Below, one piece after another: positions 13,987 through 26,962 of a DNA stretch of 64,000 nt. Under the pieces are notes generated by a model. The model was given only the letters and a program-made list of their open reading frames with translations, had not been told where the DNA came from and searched no databases. The stretch lies in the NCBI GenBank assembly GCA_045837725.1, contig JBEWZL010000300.1, forward strand, positions 124,001 to 188,000. The letters run 5' to 3'. The number at the start of each line of letters is the position of its first letter. Position 1 is the stretch's first letter. The position numbers and the translations under genes were made by a program. This stretch comes from Vermamoeba vermiformis (lineage: Eukaryota).

Positions 13987-15616
13987 TTACATTATAATGT
14001 TAAGAAGCATCGCTGCAACAACGGTGACTGCACCCAACAGTTGTGCTGCATCGCTCGCCTTCGAAGAGGTGGGAGTCTTAGTTGGAGCAGCAATCATGTT
14101 GCAAGTATAGCCATCGCCTTCATAGCCTGCGTTACATGCGCAGTCCGCGTAGCCAGGGTAAGAAGTGCACTTGGCATTGGAGTCACATGGATTGAGATCC
14201 GTTTGACAGATGTCAACGGAGAACGCAAACGTATCGCGGTGTTGGTCAGGCGAGATATAATCAAACGTGCCACGAACGATCCATAGACTGCCCATAGATT
14301 GACCTGCAAGGTCACCACGTGTTCCAGGGTAATTACTTGCATCAGCTTGATGAAATTTACCGTACTGAGGGGGTGTTATGGCACTATCGTTGAGAGTGCC
14401 CGAGATGAACTTCCATTCGTTGGATGTCATGTTGAAGGTGAACAAGAGATCGGAGTAGAAGACAGTAGGGACATTGGTCCAGCCACACCAGTACAAAAAA
14501 ATATTATTGCCAACGTATGCCATCGTGCCTGCAAGAGAGGCAGGAGGTTGAACTTGACCTTCAGTAAGCGTGGCATTTTGATTGGTACCGTTGCCGCTGA
14601 CCCACATCCATTGCAATGTCGATGGTCTGAAGCGCCATAGTTCGTTGCTCAAAGCATACCCAGGAAGATTACCACCATGGAACCTAAGAATAAAACCGGA
14701 TCAGGATCGACCTAATTTTTTGAGGTACGAATAGAGTTTATTAACAAATAAAAGTAGCTCGGTACTTACCAGACATCACCAGTAAGATCTATTGCGAAAT
14801 TAGCGGCCCAAGCTGGAGGACAGGTGACTTGATCGTCTGAGTACCAGGTGCCTTGTGCAATGCCGTCAGTACGAGGAACGTTTACTTCCTTGGTACCGGC
14901 GATCCAAGTCCACACGCCACTAGCGATACTATACTTCCATACATCACTGCGCCACTTGATGTTGGAACCAGCAAGGATCCAAAGCTCGTTGGATTTGAAA
15001 TCCGTCCAAGTAACCGCTCCAGAATTTTCACCGGGAAAAGTAACGTTATATTCACCAGCACCTTTAGTACCCCATTCGGCTGGCATTGGTTCGTGAATGA
15101 GTTTCCATTGACGAGAGCTGGTGTTGAACATCCAGAGATCCGTAAAGTAAGTGATCCAATAATCGTTAGTGCCGCCAGTCATCCATAAATTGTCGTCGCG
15201 ATCTACCCAAATGAGGGAGTTTTTGCGAGAAGGAGGTCTGTAGTCAGGTCCTTCCATGCCACGTTGTGGAGGGTAATTTCCTGTATCGTTGGTCGGCCAA
15301 CTTTGAATTTCAGACCAAGTGTAGTTATTTCTAACATCGAGTTTCCAAACATGATTGTAGTGAGCGGATTCATAGTCTTTTAAAATTAATTAATAAAATT
15401 TAAATTTGGCCGTTACAAAATAATAATCGGTTCTAGCATACCGTATTTGCTACCACCAAAGAGCCAAATATTGCCTTTCGAGTCTTGAACTTGAGCTTGA
15501 TATGCAAGATCAGGCATAGCACCGTTTGGACCTTCGATCCAAGTGGCCAAGTATTCAGAGCCTGCTACCAAAGTAGCGAAAAGAAGAAATAGAGGTATAA
15601 TCACTTTGGTGGTCAT
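13987..15616 (-). CDS. Secreted Kelch/galactose-oxidase-like beta-propeller + EGF-like protein with GPI-type tail, copy A (3 exons)
   Basis: Signal peptide MTTKVIIPLFLLFATLVAG; repeats D..GN.WLFGG / W.Y......WTW..G; CQTDLNPCDSNAKC...CACNAGYEGDGYTC; hydrophobic C-terminus. Confidence 0.85.
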
Positions 15617-15658
15617 TTTTAGTTGCGCAGCAAAGAATGATTCAGTTTTGGGAATAAA

Positions 15659-17621
15659 CTGTTCAACGGTTGGATGCCAAAAAAAGCAATCTCAAACACG
15701 GGAGATTGCGCGGGCAAAGTTTTAAATTAGTGTTCACGATAGTTAACATCAAAGGACAAATGGTTGAAATTTATGCTTGTAATAACGTACAACTTTACTT
15801 GGCTGATCAAATAAGGCTGATCATTACGGCAATAATGGTAACGAATGCACCCAACAGACGTGCTGCGTCGCTCGCCTTCGCAGAGGTGGGAGTCTTAGTT
15901 GGAACAGGAATCATGTTGCAAGTATAGCCATCACCTTCATAGCCTGCGTTACATGCGCAGTCCGCGTACCCGATGCGAGCAGTGCACTTGGCGTTTGAAC
16001 CACAGGGATTGAGATCAGTTTGACAGATGTTGACTGAGAACACAAACGTGTCGCGATGTTGGTCAGGCGAGACATAATCAAACGTGCCACGAACAATCCA
16101 TAGACTGCCCATAGATTGACCTGCAATGTCGCCACGAGTTCCAGGGTAATTGCTTGCATCAGCTTGATGAAATTTACCGTACTGAGGGGGCGTTATGGCA
16201 CTTTCGTTGAGAGTGCCCGAGATAAACTGCCATTCGTTGGATGTCATGTTGAAGGCGAACAAGAGATCCATGTAGTTGCTAGGATTTACATTGGTCCAGC
16301 CACACCAGTACAGAAGAATATTGTTGCCAACGTATGCCATCGTGCCTGCAAGAGAGGCAGGAGGTTGAACTTGACCTTCGGTCACTGAGGTACTTTGACC
16401 GGTGCCGTTGCCGCTGACCCACATCCACTGCAGTGTCGATGGTCTGAAGCGCCACAGCTCATTGCTGATGTAAAAACCGGGAATATTGCCACCGTGGAAC
16501 CTGTGCCATATTTAGGGTCAGATCAAGGCCAACAGTACACACTCGGAAGCAATACGCGCATAAGTTGCACTTACCATACATCGCCACTGCGGTCAATTGC
16601 ACCAGAGGGTGCCCAAACTGGAGGACGGTTGACTTGATCATCGGAGTACCAGACACCTTTTTGTACGTTATCATAGCTACGAGGAACGTCTACTTCCTTG
16701 GGTCCAGCCATCCAAGTCCACACGCCACTAGCGATATTATACTTCCAAACGTCACTGCGCCACTTTGCGTTGCCACCAGACAGGAACCAAAGCTCGTTGG
16801 ATTCGAAATCCGTCCATGTAACGGCTCCGGAAATATCGCCGGGAAAAGTAACGTTATATTCACCAGCACCTTTAGTACCCCATTCGGCTGGCATTGGTTC
16901 GTGAATGAGTTTCCATTGACGAGAGCTGGTGTTGAACATCCAGAGATCCGTAATGTAAGTGATCCAATAATCGTTAGTGCCGCCAGTCATCCATAAATTG
17001 TCATCGCGATCGACCCAAATGAGCGAATTTTTGCGAGAAGGAGGTCTGTAGTCAGGTCCTTCCATGCCGCGTTGTGGAGGATAATTTCCTGTGTCGTTGG
17101 TCGGCCAACTTTGAATTTCAGACCAAGTGTAGTTATTTCTAACATCGAGTTTCCAAACGTGGTTGTAGTGAGCGGATACGTAGTCTTAAAATTTTATATT
17201 TAAAATAAACATTTGGCCGTTACAAAATTATTTTTGGTTCTAGCCTACCGTATTTGCTACCGCCAAAGAGCCAAATATTGCCTTTAGAGTCTTGAACTTG
17301 AGCTTGATTTGCAAGATCAGGCATAGCACCGTTTGGACCTTCGATCCAAGTCGCCAAGTATTCTGATCCTGCTACCAAAGTAGCGAAAAGAAGAAATAGG
17401 GGTATAACCGCTTTGATGGTCATATTTAGTTGCGCGACAAACAAGTAATTCAGTTTTCGGCAACAAACCTGTTCAACGGTTGGATGCCAAAAAAAGCAAT
17501 CTCAAACACGGGAGATTGCGCGGGCAAAGTTTGAGTTTTAAGTTCAACGACAGTTAGCATCAAAGGACAAATCATATAATGCTTGAAATTTATGCTTGTA
17601 ATAACGAACAACTTTGGCTGA
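15659..17621. repeat. Near-identical intergenic spacers of the tandem array (about 15659-15806 and 17468-17621)
   Basis: Shared CTGTTCAACGGTTGGATGCCAAAAAAAGCAATCTCAAACACGGGAGATTGCGCGGGCAAAGTTT...GAAATTTATGCTTGTAATAACG. Confidence 0.9.
15807..17423 (-). CDS. Kelch-like propeller + EGF-like GPI-type protein, copy B
   Basis: Tandem paralog with the same exon structure as copy A. Confidence 0.85.
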
Positions 17622-19299
17622 TCAAATAAGGCTGATCATTACCGCCATAACGCTCGCGATTGTGAATGCACCCAGCAGTTGTGCTGCATCGCTCGTTTGC
17701 GAAGACGAAGGGGAGGAAGAAGAGGCAGGAGTCCTAGAGTCATTTGGAGCATTTGGCGAAGCAACTACGTTGCAAGTATAACCATCACCTTGATAGCCTG
17801 CGTTACATGCGCAATCCGCGTAGCCAGGGTAAGAAGTGCACTTGGCGTTTGAATCGCAGGGATTGAGATCAGTTTGACAGATGTCAACTGAGAACACAAA
17901 AGTGTCGCGGTGTTGATCAGGCGTGTACCAATCAAACGAGCCACGAACGATCCACAGACTGCCCATTGAGATTGAACTGAACTCGCCACGTGTTCCAGGG
18001 TAATTACTTGCATCAGCTTGATGAAATTTGCCGTACTGCGGGGGCATGTAAGTTTCGTTGAGAGTGCCCGAGATAAACTTCCATTCGTTGGATGTCATGT
18101 TGAAGGTGAACAAATTGTCTGAGTACCAGTTTGCTTGGTAGGAGTAGCCGGGCCAGTACAAAAGAATGCCGTTTCCCACATAGGCCATCGTACCTGAGTC
18201 AGCGCCCGCGGGCTGAACATGACCTTCCGCGAGATTGATATGTTGGTTCGTACCGTTGCCACTGACCCACATCCATTGCAATGTTGAAGGTTTGAAGCGC
18301 CATAGTTCGTTGCTTAAAGGATACCCAGGAAGATTACCACCGTGGAACCTAAGAATAAAACCGGATCAGGATCGACTATTTTTTGAGGTACGAATAGAGT
18401 ATATTTAACAAATAATAGTAGCTCGGTACTTACCAGATATCGCCAGTAGGATCTACAGCGAAATTAGCGGCCCAAACTGGAGGACAATTGACTTGATCCT
18501 CTGAGTACCAGGTGCCTTGTGCAATGCCGTCAGTACCAGGGACATTAGGCTCTTTAGGTCCAGCCATCCAAGTCCACACACCACTAGCAATATTATACTT
18601 CCATACGTCGCTACGCCATAGTAGATTGCCACCAGCAATGGACCAAAGCTCGTTGGATTTGAAATCCGTCCAAGTTACCGCTCCGTTGTTTTCGCCGGGG
18701 AATGTCACGTTATATTCACCAACGCCTTTGGTACCCCATTCGGCTGGTATTGATTCATGAATGAGTTTCCATTGAAGAGACGTAGTGTTGAACATCCAGA
18801 AATCCGATTGGAAGTCCAGCCAGTTGTTCGAGGCACCGCCGTAAATCCAAAGATTATCTTCTTTGTCCATCCAGGTCAATGCGGCGTAGCGCGCTGATGG
18901 TCTGTAGTCAGGTCCTTCCATCCCACGTTGCGACGGGTATTTTCCGGTGTCGTTCACTGGCCAGGTTTGAATTGCTGACCAAGTGTAGTTATTTCTAACA
19001 TCGAGTTTCCAAACATGATTGTATTGTTCAGATACGTAATCTGTATAGTTAATTGATTAGTTTTTGGTAAATGGATGGCGCTGCCGGTGTGCACTTGTAA
19101 ACGGAAAACGAAGGTTTAACTTACCGTTTTTGCAGCCGCCAAAGAGCCAAATATTGCCTTTCGAGTCTTGAATCTGCGATTGAAAAGCTAGATCTGGCAT
19201 TTCGCCGTTTGGCCCCTCGATCCAGGTGGCCAAATAATCGGATCCTGCGGCCAGAGCAACGTAGAGCAACCATACTGATACGACAACCTTTGTGTTCAT
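17622..19299 (-). CDS. Kelch-like propeller + EGF-like GPI-type protein, copy C (most diverged 5' half)
   Basis: Tandem paralog with the same exon structure. Confidence 0.85.
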
Positions 19300-20119
19300 A
19301 ATGTGAGTAAAAGTGATTAATTAAATGACGTTGAAGCATTTGAATTTATCGTTGTCGGCGGTATGTCCTCACAATGTCAAACTAAAAATAGAGAATTTAA
19401 CGACAATCTTAAAAAATGATTAAATTATACTCTGGCATACCGGTCGTATGATTCCTGCTTAGTATTATCTTCGTGTATGATCATAATACATCGAAGGACG
19501 TTTGTGCTGAGTCGATCTGGCGCTGTGGAGGAGTCTTGAGATCTTCAAGATCCTTGATTTCTATCCTCTCAGTGTCAAGTGCCATCGCCATACTCTCGTA
19601 TCTTATGTTCTGCGATTCGGGAATTGTTTAGTGGGACGCTCGTGACAGACAAGCTGAGATCAGAAAAATTATTTCTGTTGTCTCTTATTCGTATCACAGC
19701 ACAATAGATGTAATTTTCTCGTGGACTTTTGGTTGGTGTAATAACTAATTTTCGGAGTCTCTCTCAGCATTTTATTGAAGATGCGCATCTGCCAAATTGG
19801 TTCCAAAGTGGCCTAAAAATATGTAAATATTTTTTAAAAATTATAAATATGCTATTAATATTAATCAACTATAAGGAAAAGCCAAATTACTTGTTCAAAA
19901 AATTGCTACTCACTTTTGGGCTTGAGCACTTCGGATTTCCGTTCTGTTTCAACACTAAGCACTGATTTACAAGCAATAGCTATGTTGCAACCTTCACATT
20001 TTCACTGCTATTATGAATGAGCTCGCCAAATATACAGTTTTCAGCCTGCCAAATTAGTAATGCGGAGAAAGCGGTACAAAAGTACGCTGCGTTGGATTAT
20101 TTTTATTATATTTATGAAT

Positions 20120-23100
20120 ATGACAACAATACAAGCCCTTCTCATATTATTGTTTGCTAGTGCCGCGCTTGGCTCTTATTCGACAACGCAACAGCGACTG
20201 GATCCTGCTCGTGTACTGATTCTTTACGATGGTACTTACAGCGGAGATGAAGATCTAAATGGTGTTCAAGACTCTCTTCAAGTGGCCCAATTTTATGCCA
20301 ATGCTCGTGGCGTCCCTCTAGCGAATTTGCTCGAGATTAATATTACGGCAAATCCGACTTTTTCGGATGTAACAACTTCGGTCCTTCAGCCCGTCGTGAA
20401 CAAGCTCGATAGTATTGGGCCCAAAAGCATCGATGTCATGGCAGTTATGTGGCCTCTTCCATTTCGAGCCTCTGACGCATCCGTAGCAAGGCAGGATATC
20501 AGTATAGATACTGTTCTCATGCTTCCTTACAAATATTTATCTGGCGAACAGAAACCAGGTTCTGTTACTAACAACCAATTTATGAACAACAAGAATCCCT
20601 ACTTCCACGCAAATCCGACTTTTTCTCCGGATTATCCCCGTTTTGATCGTTCAAATGCAGACTTGGATGGTACGGCTTATACATTATATAATACAAATCA
20701 TGACTATAATTTTGTTAGGATTTTACCTGGTTTCTCGTATTGACGGTCCAGATGGTTTGTACGGAAAATTCAATATGATTGCCAACTCTATTTACGCCGA
20801 CAAATATATTGATCGAGGTACGATTGTAATGGCCATACTGCGCGTTCGTTTGTTAATATTTTTTTGAAATGCAGATACGTTTTGGGGCAATACATACATC
20901 AATACCAGAAATGGGAAAACTCTCGAACAGCTGCGGAGCTATCCGAGTAAGTCCACTGTTAACGTCCTTATACTACACATATTAAAGCTAACGACAATAT
21001 CAGATGTTTACTTAGGAAATTGCTATTCAGCAACAGATATTGATGGCTGCCTTGGTAGCGTCATGACTCTGCTTCAAAATTTATCGCTGCCGTACCGATG
21101 GGAAAACAGTAATTTAAAAATATAGCGTGTCATATTTAGTATATTATCTTAATGGTATATTTTGATAAGACGATCCGTCTATCGGAGAAGCGGGAGCTTT
21201 TTGGATGGACGACGGAGCGCCAGCTATAACAGCACCTCAGGCCTTGTTTTATTCAGGCTGGTATCAACACAATTACTACATGGACGTGTACGATTGGTTG
21301 CCTGGTAAGCCCACACTGCACTCGTTTTTCCAAAAAAGGTAATGCAAGCTAATTAACGTTCCTTTTAGGTGCCTTCGCAAATGATTTAAATTCCGATAGT
21401 TTTTCTCAAGTACGCGATGCACGCGTTGCTATACAGTCTGGGCCTAAAATGCTAAATGCTGGAGGTACGTATAAGAATGAATTGCAGATCGGATCTGTCT
21501 GAAAATCATCACGTGGTTTTTGTTTCAAGCCATTCCAGTATATTAGGCAAATGGTTATTTACGAATCAGTAATAACTTCCATTTTTAGTCGCTTGCGTCA
21601 CTGGCTCTGTCGGGGAGCCTTTTGGTTATGGACATCCCCGTGGGTCAACAACACTCTACTACTTGCTGCGAGGCTACAGCTACGCCGAGGCTGCGTCATT
21701 AGGCATCGTTTATATCAGTTGGAACTCATTGGCTGTTGGTGACCCGTTGTACCAACCTCTCGCTGCCAAAGAACCGGCTGTCGATACCGAAATTCCACAA
21801 ATTGACGTTTTTGAAATACAAAGAAATGAGCACGAAGGACATTGGGTTTATATTGCCTTGAGCGGAGTTGAAAGTAAGTACAAAAAAATTAATTCGAAGA
21901 AAAAATATTAATATTAATTGAACGTATTACGCTAATAGTACTATATATATTATTAAGAGCTATTTTTATTAATATATTAATAACTGACCATTTTGTTTCT
22001 TTCAGCCGCGAAATTGACGTTCAAGTACGGAATTCTATCGATCGAAGAGAATTCGTTTACGACAAAGGGTTACAAGAAGTACTTTAAAGAGTACATTGGT
22101 GAGCTGCAAAGTAGCACCGAATACGTATATCAGTAAGTTAAAACTGAACCCTTCATAACGCGAGTTCGTGCCGTTGACCAAGTTTGGCCTTCGACGAAAT
22201 TTCGCATAAAATATAGGACAAGCCTATGAGCCTGAATACAAATATAATATATATATAACGGAAATGCGGATCAAGGCAGCTAACGTGAGTTTTGTTTAGG
22301 GCTTCATTAGTGGATCCGAAAGGCAACACGATTACATTGGACGTGGGTACTTTTACCACTCCTGCTCGTTCAAGGTACAATAATGAAACGAATGCTATTC
22401 CTGGTCCCCTCGAATGCTTTCATTTTGACTACGGAGGTGATGGCATTGGCTCTTACTCTTACCGCGGCAAACCGTACTTTCACTGGAGTAGACCTGACTC
22501 TGCGGTATGTGCCTTATATTTATATTTGACTACATACCATGGTTTTAATTCATATTTACAATATTCGGTGTTTAGTACTTAAAATAGTTATTAAGTTTTT
22601 TAACTTTAGATTGACACTCGGATTTACGATTTTGGTACCTATTACATGAAGCATGATGATTGGATGAAATACACGGTTGATATTGCAAGCAGTGGCATAT
22701 ACTCAGTCACGTGGGACATTGCCTTGCCGAACTACGACGAATTTAACGTCACTTTTTCTTTGGACGGACAATTGGTTGGCGAGCCTAGCAGTATACCAAT
22801 GAAGGCCAATGACGATGTTGTTACTGTGCCCTTGAATGATATCCGGTTAGCAGCTGGCGAACACATTTTGAAAGTGCATCTGATCCACACGAAATTCAAT
22901 GCAACTAAGGAGGTCATTTTATTCACCAATATCTGGAAGCAAATGTCTTTTAAGTTAAGTAGCTCTATTGAGGATGTAGCGGCCCCTATAATTACGAAAC
23001 TTAACTCCGAAGAAACCAACGATAATTTCGTGGAAAAAATAGCCTTTTCCGATGACCTACACGTGTGGTACGTAGAGGTTTGGATCAATGGTGCACTTCA

Positions 23101-23465
23101 GGCGACGTGGAGAGAATTATCCCAAGATGGTGTCATGACGTTCTACATTCCAAAAGCAAAACTTCAGCTCGGTGCAAATACTGTCGTATTTAAAGCGTTC
23201 GATAGTACTGATAAATCAGTGGAGCAAAGTTTTTCGTGTAAGTAGCGAAAAAAATGATTCATGAAAGTATTTCTTAATTTTAAAAACTAACGATTGTTTA
23301 GACAATTTGGCGGAAATAGCCGTTCCTGATGGCACGATAATTACCCCTGCGGGAGTTAAGACTCCTTCAGGCGAGTTCGTTCAGCCACAAAGCAAGACTT
23401 CAGTCTCGCATCCGTTAATTGTCGGTCTCGCTCTAATGCTTGCCTCGTTACTTCTGACTTTGTAA
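20120..23465 (+). CDS. Secreted TIGR03790-like protein with FN3-like, CBM6-like and Ig-like modules and a GPI-type tail, multi-exon
   Basis: Signal peptide; RVLILY...DSLQVAQFYANARGVP, YLVSRIDGP, LFYSGWY, WLPGAFA, VTGSVGEPF, GYSYAEAA, ISWNSLAVGDPLYQP; IPGPLECFHFDYGG and DDWMKYTVDIASSGIY (CBM6-like); ends HPLIVGLALMLASLLLTL*. Confidence 0.8.
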
Positions 23466-24188
23466 CGCTTAGGGGTTACTAGATCCTTTGATCGATTAAA
23501 AATAAAACAAATGTAATATAAAAGATTAATACAAGTTTATGTTTAGTTGGATCTCTTTGCCATGATCGATCTCTTATGAAAAAAATTGACGGCGTTTTTG
23601 GATCTGCTTCACGCGCCCAAAATCAATTAAGTAAGCGAGATCATGAGAATACTCGGCATTTCTTTTTATTCCGACTTTAGGCACGACTGCAAGTTGATTT
23701 AAAAGTTTTTTGTTTTTTTTTTTTTACTTCAATGGTCGATTAATCAGCCTGATTGGATTTCTATCGCTTTCGGCAGTAAGATGCAAATTCTACGTGTATA
23801 AAACCTCTTCCAAAACAAATATATTTTTCAAAATTAAGGCTCTATTAGAAGCGTAGTTTTCGTATTTTTAAATTTATTAATGTAATATTCCAGAATATTA
23901 CATTTATAGAATTAGCTTCTTAAATTGGAGGATCGCAAATCCGGTCAAGTTTTCAACCGCGATATTTTCGAAGTTTAATCTTAAGTAATGGTCGATCTAC
24001 CTTAGTATAGTTCCGTGCCGATAAATGCTCGTATCAATGGAGCAATAAGTTTTATTCTTTTTTTCGAAATTAAGCGCGTTCAACGAAAAATTGTGAACTG
24101 TGACACGACTTAAAATTGTTGTTGGGGTAGTGGGGAAACTAATTTATTGCCATATTTACCCCAACACGACGACAACAAATTCGCGGCT

Positions 24189-25982
24189 ATGAAATCGCAT
24201 TTGTTTAAAGCGACGTTTCAATGCTGGATTTACTTCGCGCTGTTTCAAAGTTTGGCAGCACTTACGATAGAGTCTCCAGATGCATATAAAGGAGTTAGTT
24301 ATAATAATGCTCGCTTTTTATTATCTGTTCGAGACTTTTCTCTCACTGGCCAGCTCGTTATCGTTGACAACGGATGCGCTCCGATAACAGCGGATGTAGA
24401 GGGATTAATCGCTTTAGTGCGATACAATAGCTCTTGTTTATTATACGAAGAGATACAAAACGTCCAGAATGCTAAAGCTTTGGTAAGTAAACAAATACAT
24501 CCTTAATTAGTCAATTAATTTCGGATCTCCGCCAGGCGGGAGTGTTTCAAGCGTCACCAACGACTTATATTATTGGAAATATTTATGGAGTGCCTGCAGC
24601 AGCTCAAGCATACGAATATACTATCCCGACACTTTCCATTCTCGCAAACGTATGAAGATCTATTTTTATCTCGAGAAGTATCTCATCTTGTTATTCATTA
24701 GGACTTCGAAGATCTGATTAGTATTGTTAATTCAACGTCTGTAGTAACTGCGACGATCGATTCTCTAGGTAATTTGCAACTTTAGTGGGACAGCCGATCC
24801 GAACGGATAACTTTCAGGTTGGATTTGCAATCCCTTCGAATTATTATAACGCCCAGAATTAAACTGACATTCATTAAGTCTAATTATGATTATATTACGA
24901 CAGGATACAACCCTTGGACTGAAATGTATCATTCGGCGCCAAATTCGATCTTAATTGGCGTTGCAGGAACACTATCGCTATTTAATATGGGCTTCTCTCT
25001 ATACAAGTTCATATTATTCGTTAAAGTACAGTCTTGCGTATTTAAGAGCGTTCCTCATTGGTGTCTTGTACTATATTTTATTGCGAGCTCTTGTAAGTCA
25101 CCTTTAACTTTTTTAGAAGCTGCTTTATAGTCATACTAATATCATATTAATATAGTAATAGTAATGTTTATGATCATCGAGACCAATCATTACGTGTTAT
25201 CGCATACAGTTTCAGTAGAAGCTCTGCGATACACATCCGTCATGGGAATTATCGTCATGGGAGCTGTAACAACATTCGTAGTACTATATTGGTATGGTCT
25301 AGTATTCTCTAATAAGAAGCCGGCTGCTTGGTTGAAGATCTCGTTGAAGATCTTGCCGATCGTTTTACTAGTACGTAACCAGAATTCAAGTTTTGTTACA
25401 GATTATTAACTCTTTTATTAGGCACTATTGGCCGTGAATATTGGTGGTGCATTCAGCAGTACTGCGCATTACGCAGTCTTAGCAGTATTTTGCCTAGTGT
25501 TGCTCGCTATTCTTATATTTTATAGCGTAGTGTCGGTTAAGCTCTTCAAGCAGCTTTATAACAAGAATTTGAACGTCGCTAAGAGCGAGCAGGCATCAAA
25601 ATCGACTCAATTAGTAAGTCTTATAACTTTTGTACTGGATCTGATCTCACTCGAAAATTCATTCAAAATATTAATCTACAATTATGTACAGCTACAAAAA
25701 CGAATTATGGCATGCGCAATTATGCTGATTATTCTACTTTGTAATGCGATCTGCTACGTGGCCATTGGTTTCTTGACCTTTCAAACAATAGCGATGATGT
25801 ACGCGTACCAAATGACGAGACTAGGCAACTATGTATATGCTTCTGCCGCACTCACCATTCAAATCTCGTTTTTCAACGTGCGCTTGAAACCGAAGTCCTC
25901 ATCCGGCAGCGGTGGTCAAAAGAGCACTGAATTGGCTTCACCACGACAAGCAGGTGGTTCAAGTGATGCTCCAGAGCCCTAA
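24189..25982 (+). CDS. Signal peptide + PA (protease-associated) domain + seven-TM protein
   Basis: GC...VEGLIALVRYNSSC...IQNVQNAKALAGV...TIPTLSI (PA-like), followed by seven hydrophobic segments including VVLYW and a Ser/Gly-rich tail. Confidence 0.7.
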
Positions 25983-26492
25983 TGTTATCATTGGCCCTTG
26001 TTAGTACTTAGCCGAATTCTTCAACTTCTGCTCAAAATGTGTGATTCTGTTATGACAAAAAGAGCGCTAGAAGTGGCAAGTTAGAATCTGGTGGTGCATG
26101 TATAAAGAACCGCGAACTTTTGTAAATAAAATACCTTTTTACGCACAATTTAATATGTTGTATGTCAAAATTTTTAGGGTTAGGGTTTAACAAAAATTGT
26201 CCGTCTTCGAGTTGTGCAATTTCTAAATGTTGATTACCAAAAAACAGTTCCTTCAAAAGCAAGCACGCTGATTTGCTTATTGTGGTCCAACACGTAGGTG
26301 TCTGGACCACATTACTCCAGCAAGTTAACTTCTTAAGGAAGATAAATTACCTGTCTATAACACCCAAGGTAACGCTCACCGCAGATGTCTTCCTCTCGTC
26401 AACAAAAAATTCAAAATTTATTTTAAAAAGTGGTTCAAGCAAACCGACGAACATTATTCAGCAGCAAAGCAATTCGAATTATCACACGCAGT

Positions 26493-26804
26493 ATGATGGA
26501 ATATAATGAAGCAGTTAAATTTCTACATTTGCATCTCAAATACCCTCTCACCGGTGGAGATTATTTTGCAGCTCTTTATGACCACTTGGACATACTTAAA
26601 TATGTATATGAAACTAATGGTAAATGGACCTCGCCTAACGTTGCATTGGCCGCAGTTTTGACAAAAAATAATTTTGCGTGCTTCAAGTGCGCTGTTGAAA
26701 ACAATGCACCCGTTTCATCTGATGTGATTTATAAGTGTATGTATGGTCACTATAATGAATCTTTGAAGCTCGCATTGGCTTATCACCAAAGACCGGAGCA
26801 TTAA
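26493..26804 (+). CDS. Small degenerate ankyrin-repeat-like ORF (possibly a gene fragment)
   Basis: AALYDHLDILKYVYETNGKW...AAVLTKNNFACFKCAVENNAP resembles amoeba/giant-virus type ankyrin repeats. Confidence 0.4.
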   Translation: MMEYNEAVKFLHLHLKYPLTGGDYFAALYDHLDILKYVYETNGKWTSPNVALAAVLTKNNFACFKCAVENNAPVSSDVIYKCMYGHYNESLKLALAYHQRPEH

Positions 26805-26962
26805 AAAAGATCTGCTCCGATTTAAATTTTTTACGATGGCGGATAAACAATTGTAATTAATGCCTATACTCATTGTTGTAATGATAATGCTGTTGTTGTA
26901 TAAAGAAGTTAAGCGGCTGGAAAATAAACAAAATTGTTTTTTTACTGAGGAAAATAATTTCC

